A stretch of DNA of 64,000 nucleotides from Octopus vulgaris (GCA_951406725.2 OX597815.1:121830001-121894000), one strand, 5' to 3'; positions 37,513 to 50,649 are shown, counted from the first letter of the stretch. Program-made: numbers and translations. Notes: generated by a model not told the origin, from the sequence alone.

Positions 37513-40427
37513 AGATTTTAAACTTTCAGAAGAAAGAACTGCTATTAATTCATATTATTTACATGTCAGAACTCTGGTTTCAATGTCAAACCTTCGTAAC
37601 ACAGTTTGCATAAATAATACATGCAACATTATTTCATTAATCCAGCATTTTTATACATTATCTTATTGAGATTTTTTCTTAAAACCTCTTTTTTTTCCCC
37701 CACTGAGCAACATGTTATTTCACATTCCAGTTTTCTCATTTTCCTCATTTCTTTCTCACCTCTCTCTCTTAACATTTATTGTGTTGAAAACAGTCAATTT
37801 AAAGAAGTGGCTTCTCTCTACCAAAACCTCCTGCACTATATATACAACAGAGAGGAAATAACAATATTTAAATAGCTAATATATCTGATAATAACAACTG
37901 TATAAACACTATATGTGCTAAACTAATTCAGAACATAGTAAAAAAAAAATAGTGTCAGGTAGGCAAGTTCGCTGTTCTTATGTTAACCTAATTAATTAAG
38001 GTTACGAAGTAAGAACAATGAAAACAACAAAAGTTAAGATATAGATGAAGATATATAAAACTGACATGTGCACACATGTAGGAAGTAAATACCTATGCAG
38101 GCCTAATTGCTAGCAAAGATAGGTAAAGAATCTGAATAAAGAATCTAAAATACAGTACTCAGATAATAGTTCTATGTAGGTTGCAAGAATCTAGTCAAAG
38201 TCAAAGAGCAATTACTTTTATGCTCTCCAATAGCAGAGCAATGAAGACATCCTCAAAACTGAATTACAAGAACATCATAGATACAGGTATAGTTGTGGGG
38301 TTAAGCAGGTTGCTTCACAACCACAGTGTAGTTTCTGATTTGCTTCTGCTATATGGCATTGTGGGCAAGTGTCATCTACTACAACCCTGAGTTGATCAAT
38401 ACTTTGAGAGTGTAAAAAAGGTAGCCAAAAACTGTATGAAAGTTCATCTGTATGAGTGTGTTAGTGCAGTTCCATTTGTGTTTTGTTGCTTTCACATTGT
38501 ATAAAATAATGTCACTGATGCATAAGTAGTATCACGCTGTCTCCATTGTAAATATGTATCTACCTGTTGAGCAGTTATAATTCAAAACACAATAGGACTA
38601 AGTACATTACTTGGAAATAAGTAAAGTTTGGCAACAAGAAGGGTATCTGACTCAGTAAGTCTCATCTAAACCATGCTAGCATGGGAAAAGCAGGCATTAA
38701 AATGATCATCATCATCATTGCTGTTAAGAACTCATGATTGCATAACAATTATTCTCATGGTACAAGAAAAGAATTTTATGGAAATAATACAAAAGCATAG
38801 TCCCTCTTCTAAGTGAAATCAACATTATAATAAACACCAAGACAGACTCAGAAGAATATGCCCATTAACATATATATCTGAGGAATAATGAATCTTATGT
38901 AAAAAAGCAATAAAATAAAATACGAAATACTTTTATTAGAAGAGAAAATAAAAGATGCTCGCTTATAAATCTGCTTCCATAGCCAGTGCCATGTAAAAGG
39001 CATAAAGTACATTCTGTGAAGTGGCAGGTGTTAGGAAAGGCATCCAGCCATAGAAACCAAAGCAAAACAGGCATTGAAGCTTGGCACAGTCCTCTAGCTT
39101 GTTGGCTCTTATCAAACCATCCAACCTATACTAGTATGGGAAACAGATGCAAATCCAGAGAATGGCAACTTGACTGGCATAAAATCAGTCACAGATACAC
39201 TACAACCTCTGGCCAATCATGTACTGCCACCTCTCTTTGCTTTGTCTATCAGTGCTATTATGGCCTCTGTTCCTCAGATCTGACTGATCAAGAAATCCTT
39301 TCCTGTAAGCATCAATTTGCAACTTTCAGAGGAAGCTTAAATCTCACTGACACCAGAGAGCTTGCAAAGGAGCCATGGACACTGCTTTTTCCTCCAGACT
39401 ATTTGGTTAAGAAGTTTGCTTTGCATCATAGTTTCAAGTTCATTCCCATAGGGTTTCAGGCTGAGCCTCACAGCACAGCACATTGGGTGTCTGCTATTAT
39501 AGCCCAAGGTTAACCAATGCCTTGTAAATGAATTTGGTAGATTAAAACTGTGAGGAAGCCTATTGTGTGCATGCATGTGTGTTACACATCGCCACTTGAG
39601 AACCAGTGTTGGCTTGTTCATATCACAAGAGAATAAGTACGAGGCTTGAAAAGAGAAATAGTTACTGAGACTGATTTGTTTCACTAAAACCCTTCAAGGC
39701 AGTACCACAACATGGCTGCAGTCAAATGACAAACAAGTAAAAGATATGTTTATGTGAACATGGAATAATAAGGCTAAGTATTTAATAAAGAGTAACAAAG
39801 CTAATTTCAGAAGAATTTGAACTCAGAACATTGATAGCCATAACTAAACACAATAAGATGCTCTGACGAGCCTACCGGTCCACTTGTCCTGGGAGTAGAG
39901 AATAATTAACAAGTGACTGGTTAGTTTGCAGTATTGATTCAAATGCTTGGCTGCCAGCAACTGTACTACTGTGCAACAGATCATCCCATGTTAACTTCAT
40001 CATGCTCAGACATCTGCAAACAGTTGGATATTTTAGTTAATTACAAGAAATATTTATAACATAAAGCTCAGTGAACAATAAGTTAGAACCTTGCTTTACT
40101 TTTGATGTAACAGATTATACACAAATAGATGGTAGGTGAATGTAACCTGTCTAAATTTGTAAAAGTACTGATAGGTGTAGACGTGGCTGTGAGGTTAAGA
40201 AGTTTGCTTTACAACTGTGTGGTTTAGGGTTTGATCCCAGTGTGCCACTTCAAGCAACTGTCTTCTACCTTACATTGACAAATATTTTCTGAATAATCTC
40301 ACATACAGGTAGATTGATAGATACATACACACATAGTGAAATGGTAGATATCTTTTTACTTCCCTTTTTTCTCTTAGTGAATTGTAGTGAAGAATATAAA
40401 AAAGAAGGAAAGTTCTTTCATTGTCTC

Positions 40428-40835
40428 ATTCTTTTACTTGTTTCAGTCATTTGACTGTGGCCATGCTGGAGCACCACCTTTTGTTGAACAAATCGACCCA
40501 CAGAGACTTATTCTTTGTAGACCTAGTACTTATTCTATTGGTCTCTTTTGCCGAACCGCTAAGTTACGGGGACATAAACACACCAACGTTGGTTGTCAAG
40601 TGACAGTGGGGGCACAAACACAGACACACAAACATATACATGTGTGTGTATGTATGTATATATATATATATATACAATTGGCTTCTTTCCATTCCTGTTT
40701 GCGAAATCCACTTACAAGGCTTTGGTCGGCCTGAGGCTATAGAAGACACTTGCCCAAGGTGTCACGCAGTGGAACTGAACCCAGAACCATGTGGTTGGGA
40801 AGCAAGCTTCTTACCACACAGCCACACCTGTGCCT
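40428..40835 (-). mobile_element. tRNA-derived SINE family A, full length
   Basis: Reverse complement of the 11645-12040 element. Confidence 0.9.
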
Positions 40836-41329
40836 ATAAAATGAGCAAAAGTCTTATGTTGAACAAAAATTTTATGTTTTTATGAAATAATATATTTACC
40901 TTCTAGACCGGTTTTGCTTGCACTAACCATGACTAAGAAGTTAGTGATAATGTTACAATTTCATACTGTCATAAGAGGTCTTCCACATTAGAAGGAGGAA
41001 GTATATTTTGTAAATAAATCATGAGGCCTATATCTTCGTCATCATTTTAACACCCACTTGCATGGGCTCAGTTGCCCTTCCTGTCACCAACACTCACCCT
41101 TTTCCAAGTAAAGTAATATTTCCCCATGAACAGACATATTTACTTGCATGATGGCGACACTTATTTACAACTATTGTACAATGTCAAGGCAAAAAACAGT
41201 AACTCACATATACGACAGGATTCTTTCAGTTTTCATCTACCATATACACTCACAAAGCTTACCACACAACCATGCCTATGGTCTTATATACACTCACACA
41301 CATGTTCACATGAGAGAGTATAAATGATT

Positions 41330-41872
41330 TAAGAGGAAAACCGAGTATAAGGGGCATCAGTTGTGTGCAAGAGAGAGAATTGCACTAGTTTGGTCATGTG
41401 ATGTGTATGGATGGGGACAGCTGCATAAAAAAGCGCTGAGCTCTAATTCTGGAGGGAACCTGAGGAAGGGGTAGACTCAGAAAGACATGGGACAAAGTGG
41501 TGAGAAAGGATTTTCAGACACTGGGCCTCGCTGAGGAAATGACAAGAGACCAGGAGGTGTAGAGATTTGCTGTACTTGAGAAGATGTGTCAAGCTGAGTA
41601 GAATCACTGTCATCCATGCATACAGGCTTGTCCCTTACAAGTGCCAGTGCCACATAAAATGCACCTGTTGGTGCTGTGCACCCATGCTGATGGCACATAA
41701 AAAGCACCCAGCACACTCTGTAAACTGGTTGGCATTAGGAAGAGCATCCAGCCATAGAAACCATGCCATAAGAGACAATTGAAGTCTGGACATTTCCCTG
41801 GCAGGTCAGCTCCTATCAAACCGTCTAACCCATGCCAGTATGGAAAATGGACATTAAACAATAATGATACTG
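41330..41872 (+). mobile_element. RTE LINE 3' end (ORF tail plus 3' UTR)
   Basis: Homologous to 52690-52960 (gtgtgcaagagagag...ggtcatgtg...ggaaggggtagac), followed by the aaaaagcaccc...catgccag.atggaaa 3' UTR and a gat-type tail. Confidence 0.8.
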
Positions 41873-42742
41873 ATAAAACAAAACTACTATAGCTATAACT
41901 AACAAACATGACTTGATGGTATGTACTATGCTTTCATTAATTGCTTTGGTGTCTATGTAGCTGTGAGCAGACAGACACACACTTGGCCCCACTACCCTTG
42001 GTTCAATAGAGCATCAAGGATCTGACAGTTGGAGGGAAAGAAGGTTGCAGTAGCAGTCAGTTGGTACTTGCTTCAGTTCAATAGACTAAAACAATGTGAA
42101 ATAAAGTGTCTTGCTCAAGGACACATGACACATAATCCAAGAATCAAACTCACAATTTCATGATTGTAAGCTGAATGTCCTGACCTCCAGGCCACACCTT
42201 CACCCAAATTCTACAAAGCCATCTAATGAAAAATAAATGTGACAGTAAAAGATAACATTCAAATATTAAATATGAATCCATAGAAATAATTTGTTGATAC
42301 AAAACAAATGACAAACACATGGCTGGATACAATGTGATAAGGATATAAATTATTGCAACTATTAATTAGTGTAAAGAAAATTAAATGAACTAGATAAAAG
42401 AAATATATCTACGTAGTTACAGATGGCTGCTTCATAAGAATGCTTTTAAAAGGACATCATCAATTCAACCAACAAAATACATAGTTAATTATTCTCTCAA
42501 TATTATTCTTTTTTATTCTCAATTAACAATTTTTATCATTCTTTTTATTCCTAATTATTTTTTAAATTTCCTATAGCAGACAATAATAGATTCCTAGAAC
42601 TGTTTGCCCTTGCATTTGCAATGATAACTCAACATCGAGAAGCCATTGGAAGAGACAAAATGTTTTTTAAATTCCATTGAGATATATAAAACATCCAGTC
42701 CCGGACCTTCTCAAACTGAATTTTTAATCTATTTATATTAAA

Positions 42743-43040
42743 GCATGTGGCTAAGTGGTTGGATTTAATGTCACAATCATAAGCTCATAGGTTCAATTTC
42801 TTGATGAAGCAGCCTATTGTGTCTTTGAGCAAATCATATCATTTCACATTGCTCCAAACTAAAAATAGATACCAGCTAACTAATGTGGCAGAGCATGGCT
42901 TAGTGGTTAAGGTGTTGAGCTCATGATTGTAAGATAGTGGTTTCAATTCCTGAACTGAGAAAAACACTTCATTTCATGCAAGACCAGTCCACTCAGCTGA
43001 TAAAAATGAGTAATCCTGCTACAGATTGCCATCCAGAGTA
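42743..43040 (+). mobile_element. Two tandem old tRNA-derived SINEs, family E (related copies ~21020-21230-, 41960-42200-, 15790-16000-)
   Basis: tggcttagtggtta A box, ggtt(t)caatt B box, central ..catttcac.ttgctcca / ccactcagctg domain. Confidence 0.6.
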
Positions 43041-44949
43041 ATGTGGACTAACCAGTGGTTCAACTTTCTCTCCTTTGAGCAGTCATATCCTTGGTATTCT
43101 GCAGGAGCAAAGATAGAAGAGTTGACAGCGTATCTATATCTACTAGTGACTACATAAGTCATGCTTGCTAATGACTGATGGCTAAGCTTCATATATTAAT
43201 ATTACAGATGCAGCTTTTTGTTCACTGAATACCATCATCCTTTGAAAATACTTCAATCAAAACTCATTGTTTTTCTAATTAATACTCAGATGAAAGGCCA
43301 ATTATTTATAGAAGAATAAATTGAGATTGTTTATCATCCATGCTTTTTCAGAACATACTCAATGGAATAAGTGAAGTGCTTCTTAATTAAGAATCAAAAC
43401 AATATCATTGGTGATCTCAACCAAGAAATCCACTCTCTCCATACACATGGAAGGCTGTGCACGACCAAAGCGTTTGCCTTGCATTCATGGATAAACAAAA
43501 CATGTCTAGATTTGTAATTTTGTTAAAGTAAATAACAAAATACTAGATTTGGATATTAAAACTGTAATCTTAAATTTATATAACAGATTCATATATTCAC
43601 TTATGGGTGAGCTATGTTTTTGTGTATCTATAGTATGTGTGAATATAAATATTCAGTACACTTCACATGTAAAAGCTCTGACCTACACGCAGTAAAGTTC
43701 GTCATTTCTCTCTCAGCAAATCATCTATTAGTTCTATGTGCTCAAAAATGTGTGGAATAAGAGATCCGCTAGTTGAAAAACAATAACAAGAAGGACATCC
43801 ATAATGTCCCAATAATATAAATTCCTCTAACCCATGCTAACATGGAAAAAGGAAGATATAAACAAATAGAAACTTCTAGTTCTTTATTTGCTGAAAATGT
43901 CAAAATGCCAATTCTTACACATAAACTTTTATAATATTCACCAAGATCAGAAATTATTTAGGGAATGTAGAAGTAAAAAAGAACCCAAATATTTTCAATA
44001 TAATAAAAATCCCTTAATATCTACTGTGTAAGATGAGGAAAAGCAGAAACCATGACACAGAATACAATGAGTGCTTTATAAAATATGAGCTGAGAAATAC
44101 ATGTATAATTGTGGTGGTGGTAATAGGACAGTAGCAGTAGTAGTCATCATTTTAAAATCACTTTCCATGCTAAAATTATTTAATTGTGTCATTCCAGTTC
44201 AAGTCACTTGTATTTAGAACTAGCGTCCTCTCAGGCGAAAAAATTTGTTCTGTGCATACAATACATTTTTGGCCTGATTTCTATGGTTGGATGCCCTTTC
44301 GAATGTCAACTACTTTACAGAATGTATTGAATGCACTTCATCATAACACCATCACCAGAGAGGTTGTCTTGTTTGCAGCAATACTAAAGAGCTTTCAGGG
44401 ATCCCATCTGTTCATGGCAGTATCACCAACAGGATAAGTGGAAAAGAGAGTGATGAAAGAGGGTAATAGAAGAGAAAAAGTATGATGGGAGCTGTTAGCT
44501 CAGGACATGAATGAAAGGGTGAATAGATAACAGAACCAGAGTGCAAGAGGGAGAACAGATAAAAGGGTAATGTAAGGGAGAATCTAAGTGAGGGAGAGTG
44601 ATAAAATGAGGGGAGTATGAGGGAGAAAAAAAAACAGAGTAACAAAGGTGAGAGGGTAATAGAGACAGGGGAAGTAATGAAAAGGCAGACAATGATAAGT
44701 AACAACATGTTTACCTTGGAACCAAGTACTATCAATTACTCCTAGGAACCTCCCAAGTATTTGAGAGAATCTATTTCATGTGTACTTTTACTGCTGATTA
44801 CTTCTGTTACATTCCTTCCCCATTAGCTTGTTTGTGATCCTACTACACCTCTTCTCCATCAATAGTTAACATGGGGTACACTTTATGCCTATGCCTTACT
44901 TCATATCAAGCACTGCAATTTCCCTAATGGTAGCATGCTAAAACTTACA

Positions 44950-45250
44950 CCATTGCTAAATTTATCCTGAGGCCTTTTGACTATAGAACTTGTTTCTATG
45001 ACTGAAATTTCTTCTCTAAATCTACAGATTCAGCATAAAGAACTAGATCAACAGAATACATCTGTTATTATGGAGAACTAATCTTCAGTTCTTTTGTTAT
45101 ATCCTGGTGCACCATAATAAAGAGAAGATAGCAGACAACTGAGCCCTGATGAACTTCTACAAGTGTGTTTAAAGTCCTTACTGAATTCATAGTTAACTCT
45201 CACCTTACTGACTGCACATCTGTACAAGGCCTGCATAGCCCTCACAAGCC
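44950..45250 (-). mobile_element. Old RTE reverse-transcriptase fragment
   Basis: The minus strand reads VHQGSV..., DLVLYAES, EKKFQ, SKGLRINLA, homologous to ~51910-52110. Confidence 0.7.
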
Positions 45251-45322
45251 ACAAGGAGGAATGTTGTGAGACTGGTTAAGAGTATTAGGCCTTAACAATA
45301 TACTGCTCACTTCTAAGTTTCA

Positions 45323-45395
45323 CCAACTACAGTGAATATGCTTCACTGATGAGACGTAACAAGATTGAAACTTGACTGCTGCATTCACCAGTTGG
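45323..45395 (+). ncRNA. Degenerate type-I hammerhead-like motif with long stem I
   Basis: ccaact..gtgaat..gc..ca-CTGATGA-gacgtaacaagatt-GAAAC-ttgac-tgctgcattcaccagttgg. The flanks pair (ccaact/agttgg, gtgaat/attcac). Stem II and the cleavage triplet are damaged. Confidence 0.45.
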
Positions 45396-45542
45396 TTATA
45401 AAAGACCCATCCAGACTGTGTTACCTATATTATTCTATATTATTCCAAAAATTTAGATTAGCTAACCTTGAACTTTTTAGTTGCTTTTAGATCTGAAGAT
45501 GCTCAGAGGGATTTTTTTTTCTTCTAATTGCAAGAATAATCT

Positions 45543-46246
45543 CAGTTCTATATTTAAGAGATGAGGAATTATGTACATTATTTACATTTGACGGATATTT
45601 TTCCTCATCCTGTTTGTTATTAACACGTTTTGGCTGATATACCCTCCAGCCTTCATCAGGTGTCTTGGGGAAATTTCAAACCTGGGTTCTCATTCTTAAG
45701 GTATTTTTCAATATTATTTTTATTATTATTATTATTCAGGTCACTGCCTGGAATCGAACTCAGAATCTTGATGTTAGTAGCCTGCACTCTTAACCACTAC
45801 ACCATATGCCCATGGGCAATTATGAAGTGAATTTTAGGGAAAAATAGAGACCACCTTTCCCTATGGGATGAAGTTAAAATAATAGACAGAGAACACCACT
45901 GGAAAATACAACAACTAAAAGAAGCAGCACATATGCAAGGACACAACAACCTCCTAAGCAGACCGAGTGCAGATATGAGTAGTATATGGGAACCAGTATT
46001 AAGGAAGGATAGGACAATATTAGATTTATAAGCCCTAAAATTCACTCCATAACTGCCCACGGGCATATGGCGTAGTGGTTATTGTCCTATCCTAACCCCA
46101 AGATTCCGAGTTCGATTCCAGGCAGTGACCTGAATAATAATAATAACATTAGGAATGAGAAACCAGGTTAGTAGACACCCGATGAAGGCTGAGGGTTTAT
46201 CAACAAATAAGATGAGGACAAATATCCATCAAATGTAAATAATGTA
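45543..46246. mobile_element. Penelope-like element (PLE) 3' fragment in inverted-repeat configuration
   Basis: 45840-46031 (+) encodes KNRDHLSLWDEVKIIDREHHWKIQQLKEAAHMQGHNNLLSRPSADMSSIWEPVLRK...*, resembling PLE GIY-YIG endonuclease C-termini. It is flanked by inverted arms ~45574-45839 and ~46033-46246. Confidence 0.75.
45623..45665 (-). ncRNA. Degenerate minimal hammerhead-ribozyme motif in the PLE repeat
   Basis: Minus strand gacacCTGATGAaggctg-gagggtatat-cagccAAAACgtgtt: CUGAUGA core, GGCTG/CAGCC stem II, GAAA box mutated to AAAA, stem I acac/gtgt. Confidence 0.55.
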
Positions 46247-47074
46247 GTTATTCATTTCTCTAATATTACCTGTGAGGTAATGCTATCTGGAGGTAACTCC
46301 CTTCAGATCTACTGAGGAAAACAGTTCACCTTGTTTTTCAGTAAGTTAACTCTGTAGTTAATATGCTCCTATATAAGGTACTCTGTATGTGCTACCTCAG
46401 CATCTATACAATATAAATTCTTTTATTAGTTTCAGTCAATGGACAGCAGTCATACTGGAGTGCTATCATCAGAGGCTCAGCTACATATATTGATCCCTAA
46501 ACATCACACCGTACTTGTTTTAGCAATCTCTATCACTTAAATGATTATGTTCACCTTGGCATAAAGGGACATAAAGACAATAAATACCACAGAGTATTTT
46601 AGTGTGATGCACTAATTTTTCTGCAAACCATCAATATAAAAACACACATTTTATGCATATATATCAGCATGTATGTGCATGTGTCTGTATGTGTAGACAG
46701 TATTTTCATGCTAATATTTTCTTGTAATGAGGCATACACAATTTCCCATGTGTTAATAGTGCAGATGCCTGCATTAAATACAACATTAGATACCTAATGC
46801 AATTAGCATATCGTTTCTCTTGTAGATTTCCACTTGAAATGAACTTTTTTTATGATGCTCAAAGATCTGTTTGACTATTTCATATCAGCCTTATTTGCAA
46901 GAACCAAATCTTTGTACATTAATATAATCAATCACAGTGAACATAAATGCATAGAAAATAAGTTCATTAAGGTGTTGCATATTGTTCCAAGATTAAATGA
47001 ATGCCTAAATTTTATTTATTAGAATGGGACCCATAAAAGAAAGAGAAAAAGAGACCACAAGGAACAAATGTTTC

Positions 47075-47324
47075 TTCTGATGACACACTCAAGTAAACAT
47101 GATCTCTATGCAATTAGATACACAATATAGAGAGCTGAATTTAAAACTTTACCCAATCAGAACCATCTAAGAAGTTGTCATTTGAAGTTTATTTTTAAAT
47201 TCAATTTTTTCTCAAACGGCAACTTCTTAGAGAAAGTTCTGATTGAGTACAGTTTTAAGTCCAGCTCTTTATACTGTGTATCTAATTGCATAGAAGCCAT
47301 ATTTACTTAAGTATGTCATCAGAA
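47075..47324. repeat. Long fold-back inverted repeat (~110-bp arms, ~25-bp AT loop), probable MITE
   Basis: ttctgatgacacactcaagtaaacatgatctctatgcaattagatacac...ctaagaagttgtcatttga is mirrored by tcaaacggcaacttcttag...gtgtatctaattgcatagaagccatatttacttaagtatgtcatcagaa. Confidence 0.9.
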
Positions 47325-49332
47325 AAAAAAACTGAATGAACTTCTAATCCCAATTGAATAAGGTACACTATAAAATGGCTTGATTGGAGATGCCAACACA
47401 TACTCTAGATTTTACATAGTGTACACTACAGAATGCATGAAAAAGAAGTATTACATGGCCTATATTGAACACCCTGGGTATGACAAACTGCATCTGGTAG
47501 TGACATTCCAGTTTAGAAGTTTTGAATTTGTAGGGAGCATGGAGTCACTCCTTAATTACCATTACTTCCAGGTCCATTCTGAGCTGGAATGGTAGTACCT
47601 GTCAGGGTACCATCTATGGGTTAAATAGATTTTTGTAAGGATAGATTGAGCCCCTTACCAGCAGTGAAAGCAATCAATCTAAGAGAAGGGAAACTTTACA
47701 ATTAATACTCTCTTGCAACATGCCCTGAGTCAGCGCAGAAAAATATGGCTGATGAAACTAAGATGAGGTATGTCCACTAACATTGATTCAGGTCAGAGGA
47801 AGCCACCTCCAAACCTCAACAAACACCTGTAGGGAACATCATCAGCAGCTCTGGACAGGTATGGCAGATGTGCTCAAGCCAAAGATCAAATACTATGGAG
47901 GCAAAGTATCTCAGTGCACATTCTGTCACAGGCAGAGAGAACAGGAAATGATGAAATGATGACAGAAAACTCAACATTTAAGACTTGTCTGTTGAGCAAC
48001 ATACATAAACTGACAAGGGTATATTAGTAATTTGTTTATAAAAATAACATATATCCATTATGCACTTACAACTACACACCAACAATCAGTAGTTTAGCCC
48101 TTGATTGGCAAAAGTCTTTTGTTGATTTGTCTACATCCTGCTCTCACTATACTTTTCATTTCTATATTAAAGCCAATACATTGAATAAATTTATGTTTCT
48201 CAGTATTCTTTATTGTTAAGTGGCTTTCATCTCTTTTCTATACTTGAACTAATAAATAAGAATTCAGTTAAGACATATTTTAAAACAGGTCAAAGAAAAA
48301 AAAGAGGTATGTCACAATACAAACGTCTAGTCAACAATCAATTCAATGAGAATATGTAGTAAAATACCCATAATAATACTAATACTAACAATTTCACACA
48401 CGAATTCCTAACAAGACGGTTTATTTATGGCTGCGTAACTATTTAAAACTTTTCTTTTTATCAGCTAAAAATGCCTTCTTTTTTTTTTTCTTTTTTTGAA
48501 ACTAACTTTACCTCAGAAAATTTATAGCACAACCACTATTCAAAAAAACTCCATACAGTTTCTATGATGACAGAAAAGCAGATTTTCTTAAAGGTTACAA
48601 TAAATTTATGAAGCAAGAATATAATAAAAATATACACACAAATATCCATATGACTGTATGAAGTAATAAGTGGAAGTGGCATGAGGTTGGGCAGGGAAGG
48701 AATATAAGACCAGATGTAACATACCAATTTCATATGTCATACATTTAAAGTGATTTGTCAATTAAAGTTTTGTTTTTTGAGGGTTTTTTTATTTTTAGTA
48801 TAAAAGCTTAAAGTTGTCTTTCAGCTAAAAAAAAAATAATAAAAAAAAGGTTTTGTACTTTAAATTTGAATGACAATGATCTCTTATTTCAAAAGCCACT
48901 TCAGGAGAAAGAAGCACAGTTTAGAATGCCTGAAAGGTCATATGCCTTTCCACTTAAATGATGTATGAATGAGAGTCACAAAATAGTAATTCAATGAAAT
49001 TTATGTGGGAGTGCTTCCATTCATGTGTATGTCAACAAACGTCTAATCGGAAGCAGTCAAAAATTAGGAAATAAGCTAAGGTGCAGTAGCTAATTTGATA
49101 ACATGACATGCTGATTACCTAATATTAAATTCATATTAGTTGACAAAAATTTATTTCTGATAAAGAAAATTTTTCAAAGTGAAACAATTTCATTAATGAA
49201 GATACTTAAAGTTGCTGAATCATACATACATAACTGCATCCAAAATAAAAATGTCACACTGATCAAACTAGTAATTTAAACTGAGAATCATAAAATGATT
49301 CAATAAGAGTATTTCAATATTTAATGTCTCAC

Positions 49333-49357
49333 CTTATACTCTGCATTTGCTGATCAA
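49333..49357 (-). CDS. 25-nt microexon of the same gene (xDQQMQSIR)
   Basis: Branch-like cactgat, strong acceptor ttttttctttttcag|, donor AG|gtgaga. The terminal AG plus the first G of exon 35071 gives an in-frame AGG with no stop. Confidence 0.7.
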
Positions 49358-50649
49358 CTGAAAAAGAAAAAATACAAATCAGTGATACAATGAATAAAAT
49401 TTCATATTCTAAATATATTACGAGATATAAAAATATCTTAATAACGATTGCAACATCCAACACAACCAACTTCTTAGAGTATTATAATTTAATAACTTTA
49501 TTTTTATCTACTCGATATTCAACATAAAAATAAGTTTTTGTAGTTTTGAATTAGAAATTAGGCTTATTGATCAAATCCAGATTCAAAGAATCACCAGAGA
49601 TCTTGTTATATATTTTCTATTTAACACTTGTAAAAATTATTCATAGTTTTCCTTAAAAAAAAAAAAAAAAAAAAATACTCTTACAGTCATGAAATCAAAA
49701 TTAGAAACGATAATTTAGTGACCTTCAAAAATAGAAAATATTTTAAAAAGGGAAATAATGAAGGTACAAGCATTTATTAATATACAGAAGAAGAAAAAAA
49801 AGTAAAATTCATTCAATAATTTCTCTTCATTTATGATATATTGTCATAGGGTATGGCATTAATGTGGGTATGAATTATATTAATTGGATATAAACATTAG
49901 TTATGACTTAAAATAGTAGTCTGCAAATTGCAGCAGTTAATTTAAGATTTTTATGGAACAGCCTAAAAGAAAGTTACACCTAGAATTAATTTCTTGCTGC
50001 TAGTTTATTTACAGTTTTAAGAAAAGGGAGAAAGAATAGCTTTTCCATGTATCTCTGCAATACTATGAGCATTGGTTTTGAAATTGCTTTATTAGTTACA
50101 TTTGGGTTTTTTAATGTGGTTTTCATTTTATGTTGCAAATTCTATTTAAGGTTCTTTTAATATAAGCATTAACATAGCAAGGTCAAACTACAACCAAGTA
50201 GCAATGTTATCATAAAATTGGTAGCACATGAGAAATACCCTTGTTCACACTGCAGAAAGTGTTGAGTAAAAACTCTATACTGCACAGTCAGAGCAAAGAA
50301 CAGGTAATCAAAGGTTACAGTGAAATCCCTGACGAGCAGATAGGAAGCAAGAACTTAAAATGCACCAAATATATTCAAGTAACCAATTACAGGAGCAGTG
50401 AAGAAATGAATTAAATGGACATCTTGGATAGGCTGTATATTATACTATAGATGATGCAATTGGTATTGCATAAGTTGACCTTTGTTCATTGAGAATGAAG
50501 TGTTAACCTTTGAAAAATACTGAATATACAAGGTTATTATGTGACTAAGCTTCAAATGCATTGTGCAAAATGTAGGCAGAAACATAGTTTAAACAATAAA
50601 TGTTAAAAGATTTTGTTCCTTCACTCTTTCACTTTTCCTTCTTTATACC

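Noticed and set aside
40900-40932. 33-nt segment with cactaacttcttag acceptor and AAG|gtaaat donor
   Set aside because: The host intron is phase 2, and in that frame the segment contains TAG.
44412-44735. Hydrophobic 107-aa ORF suggesting a membrane protein (similarly 23146-23394)
   Set aside because: It is the antisense translation of purine-rich low-complexity DNA.
46050-46112. Functional tRNA gene
   Set aside because: A and B boxes are present, but I could not fit a complete cloverleaf or acceptor stem. It is part of a mobile-element repeat, like the SINE heads.
39863-50345. CTGACGA/CTGATGA hits at ~39863, ~45146, ~47749 and ~50329 as further hammerheads
   Set aside because: None has a stem II followed by a GAAA box. 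The 45146 hit is simply the antisense of the RTE VHQG codons.
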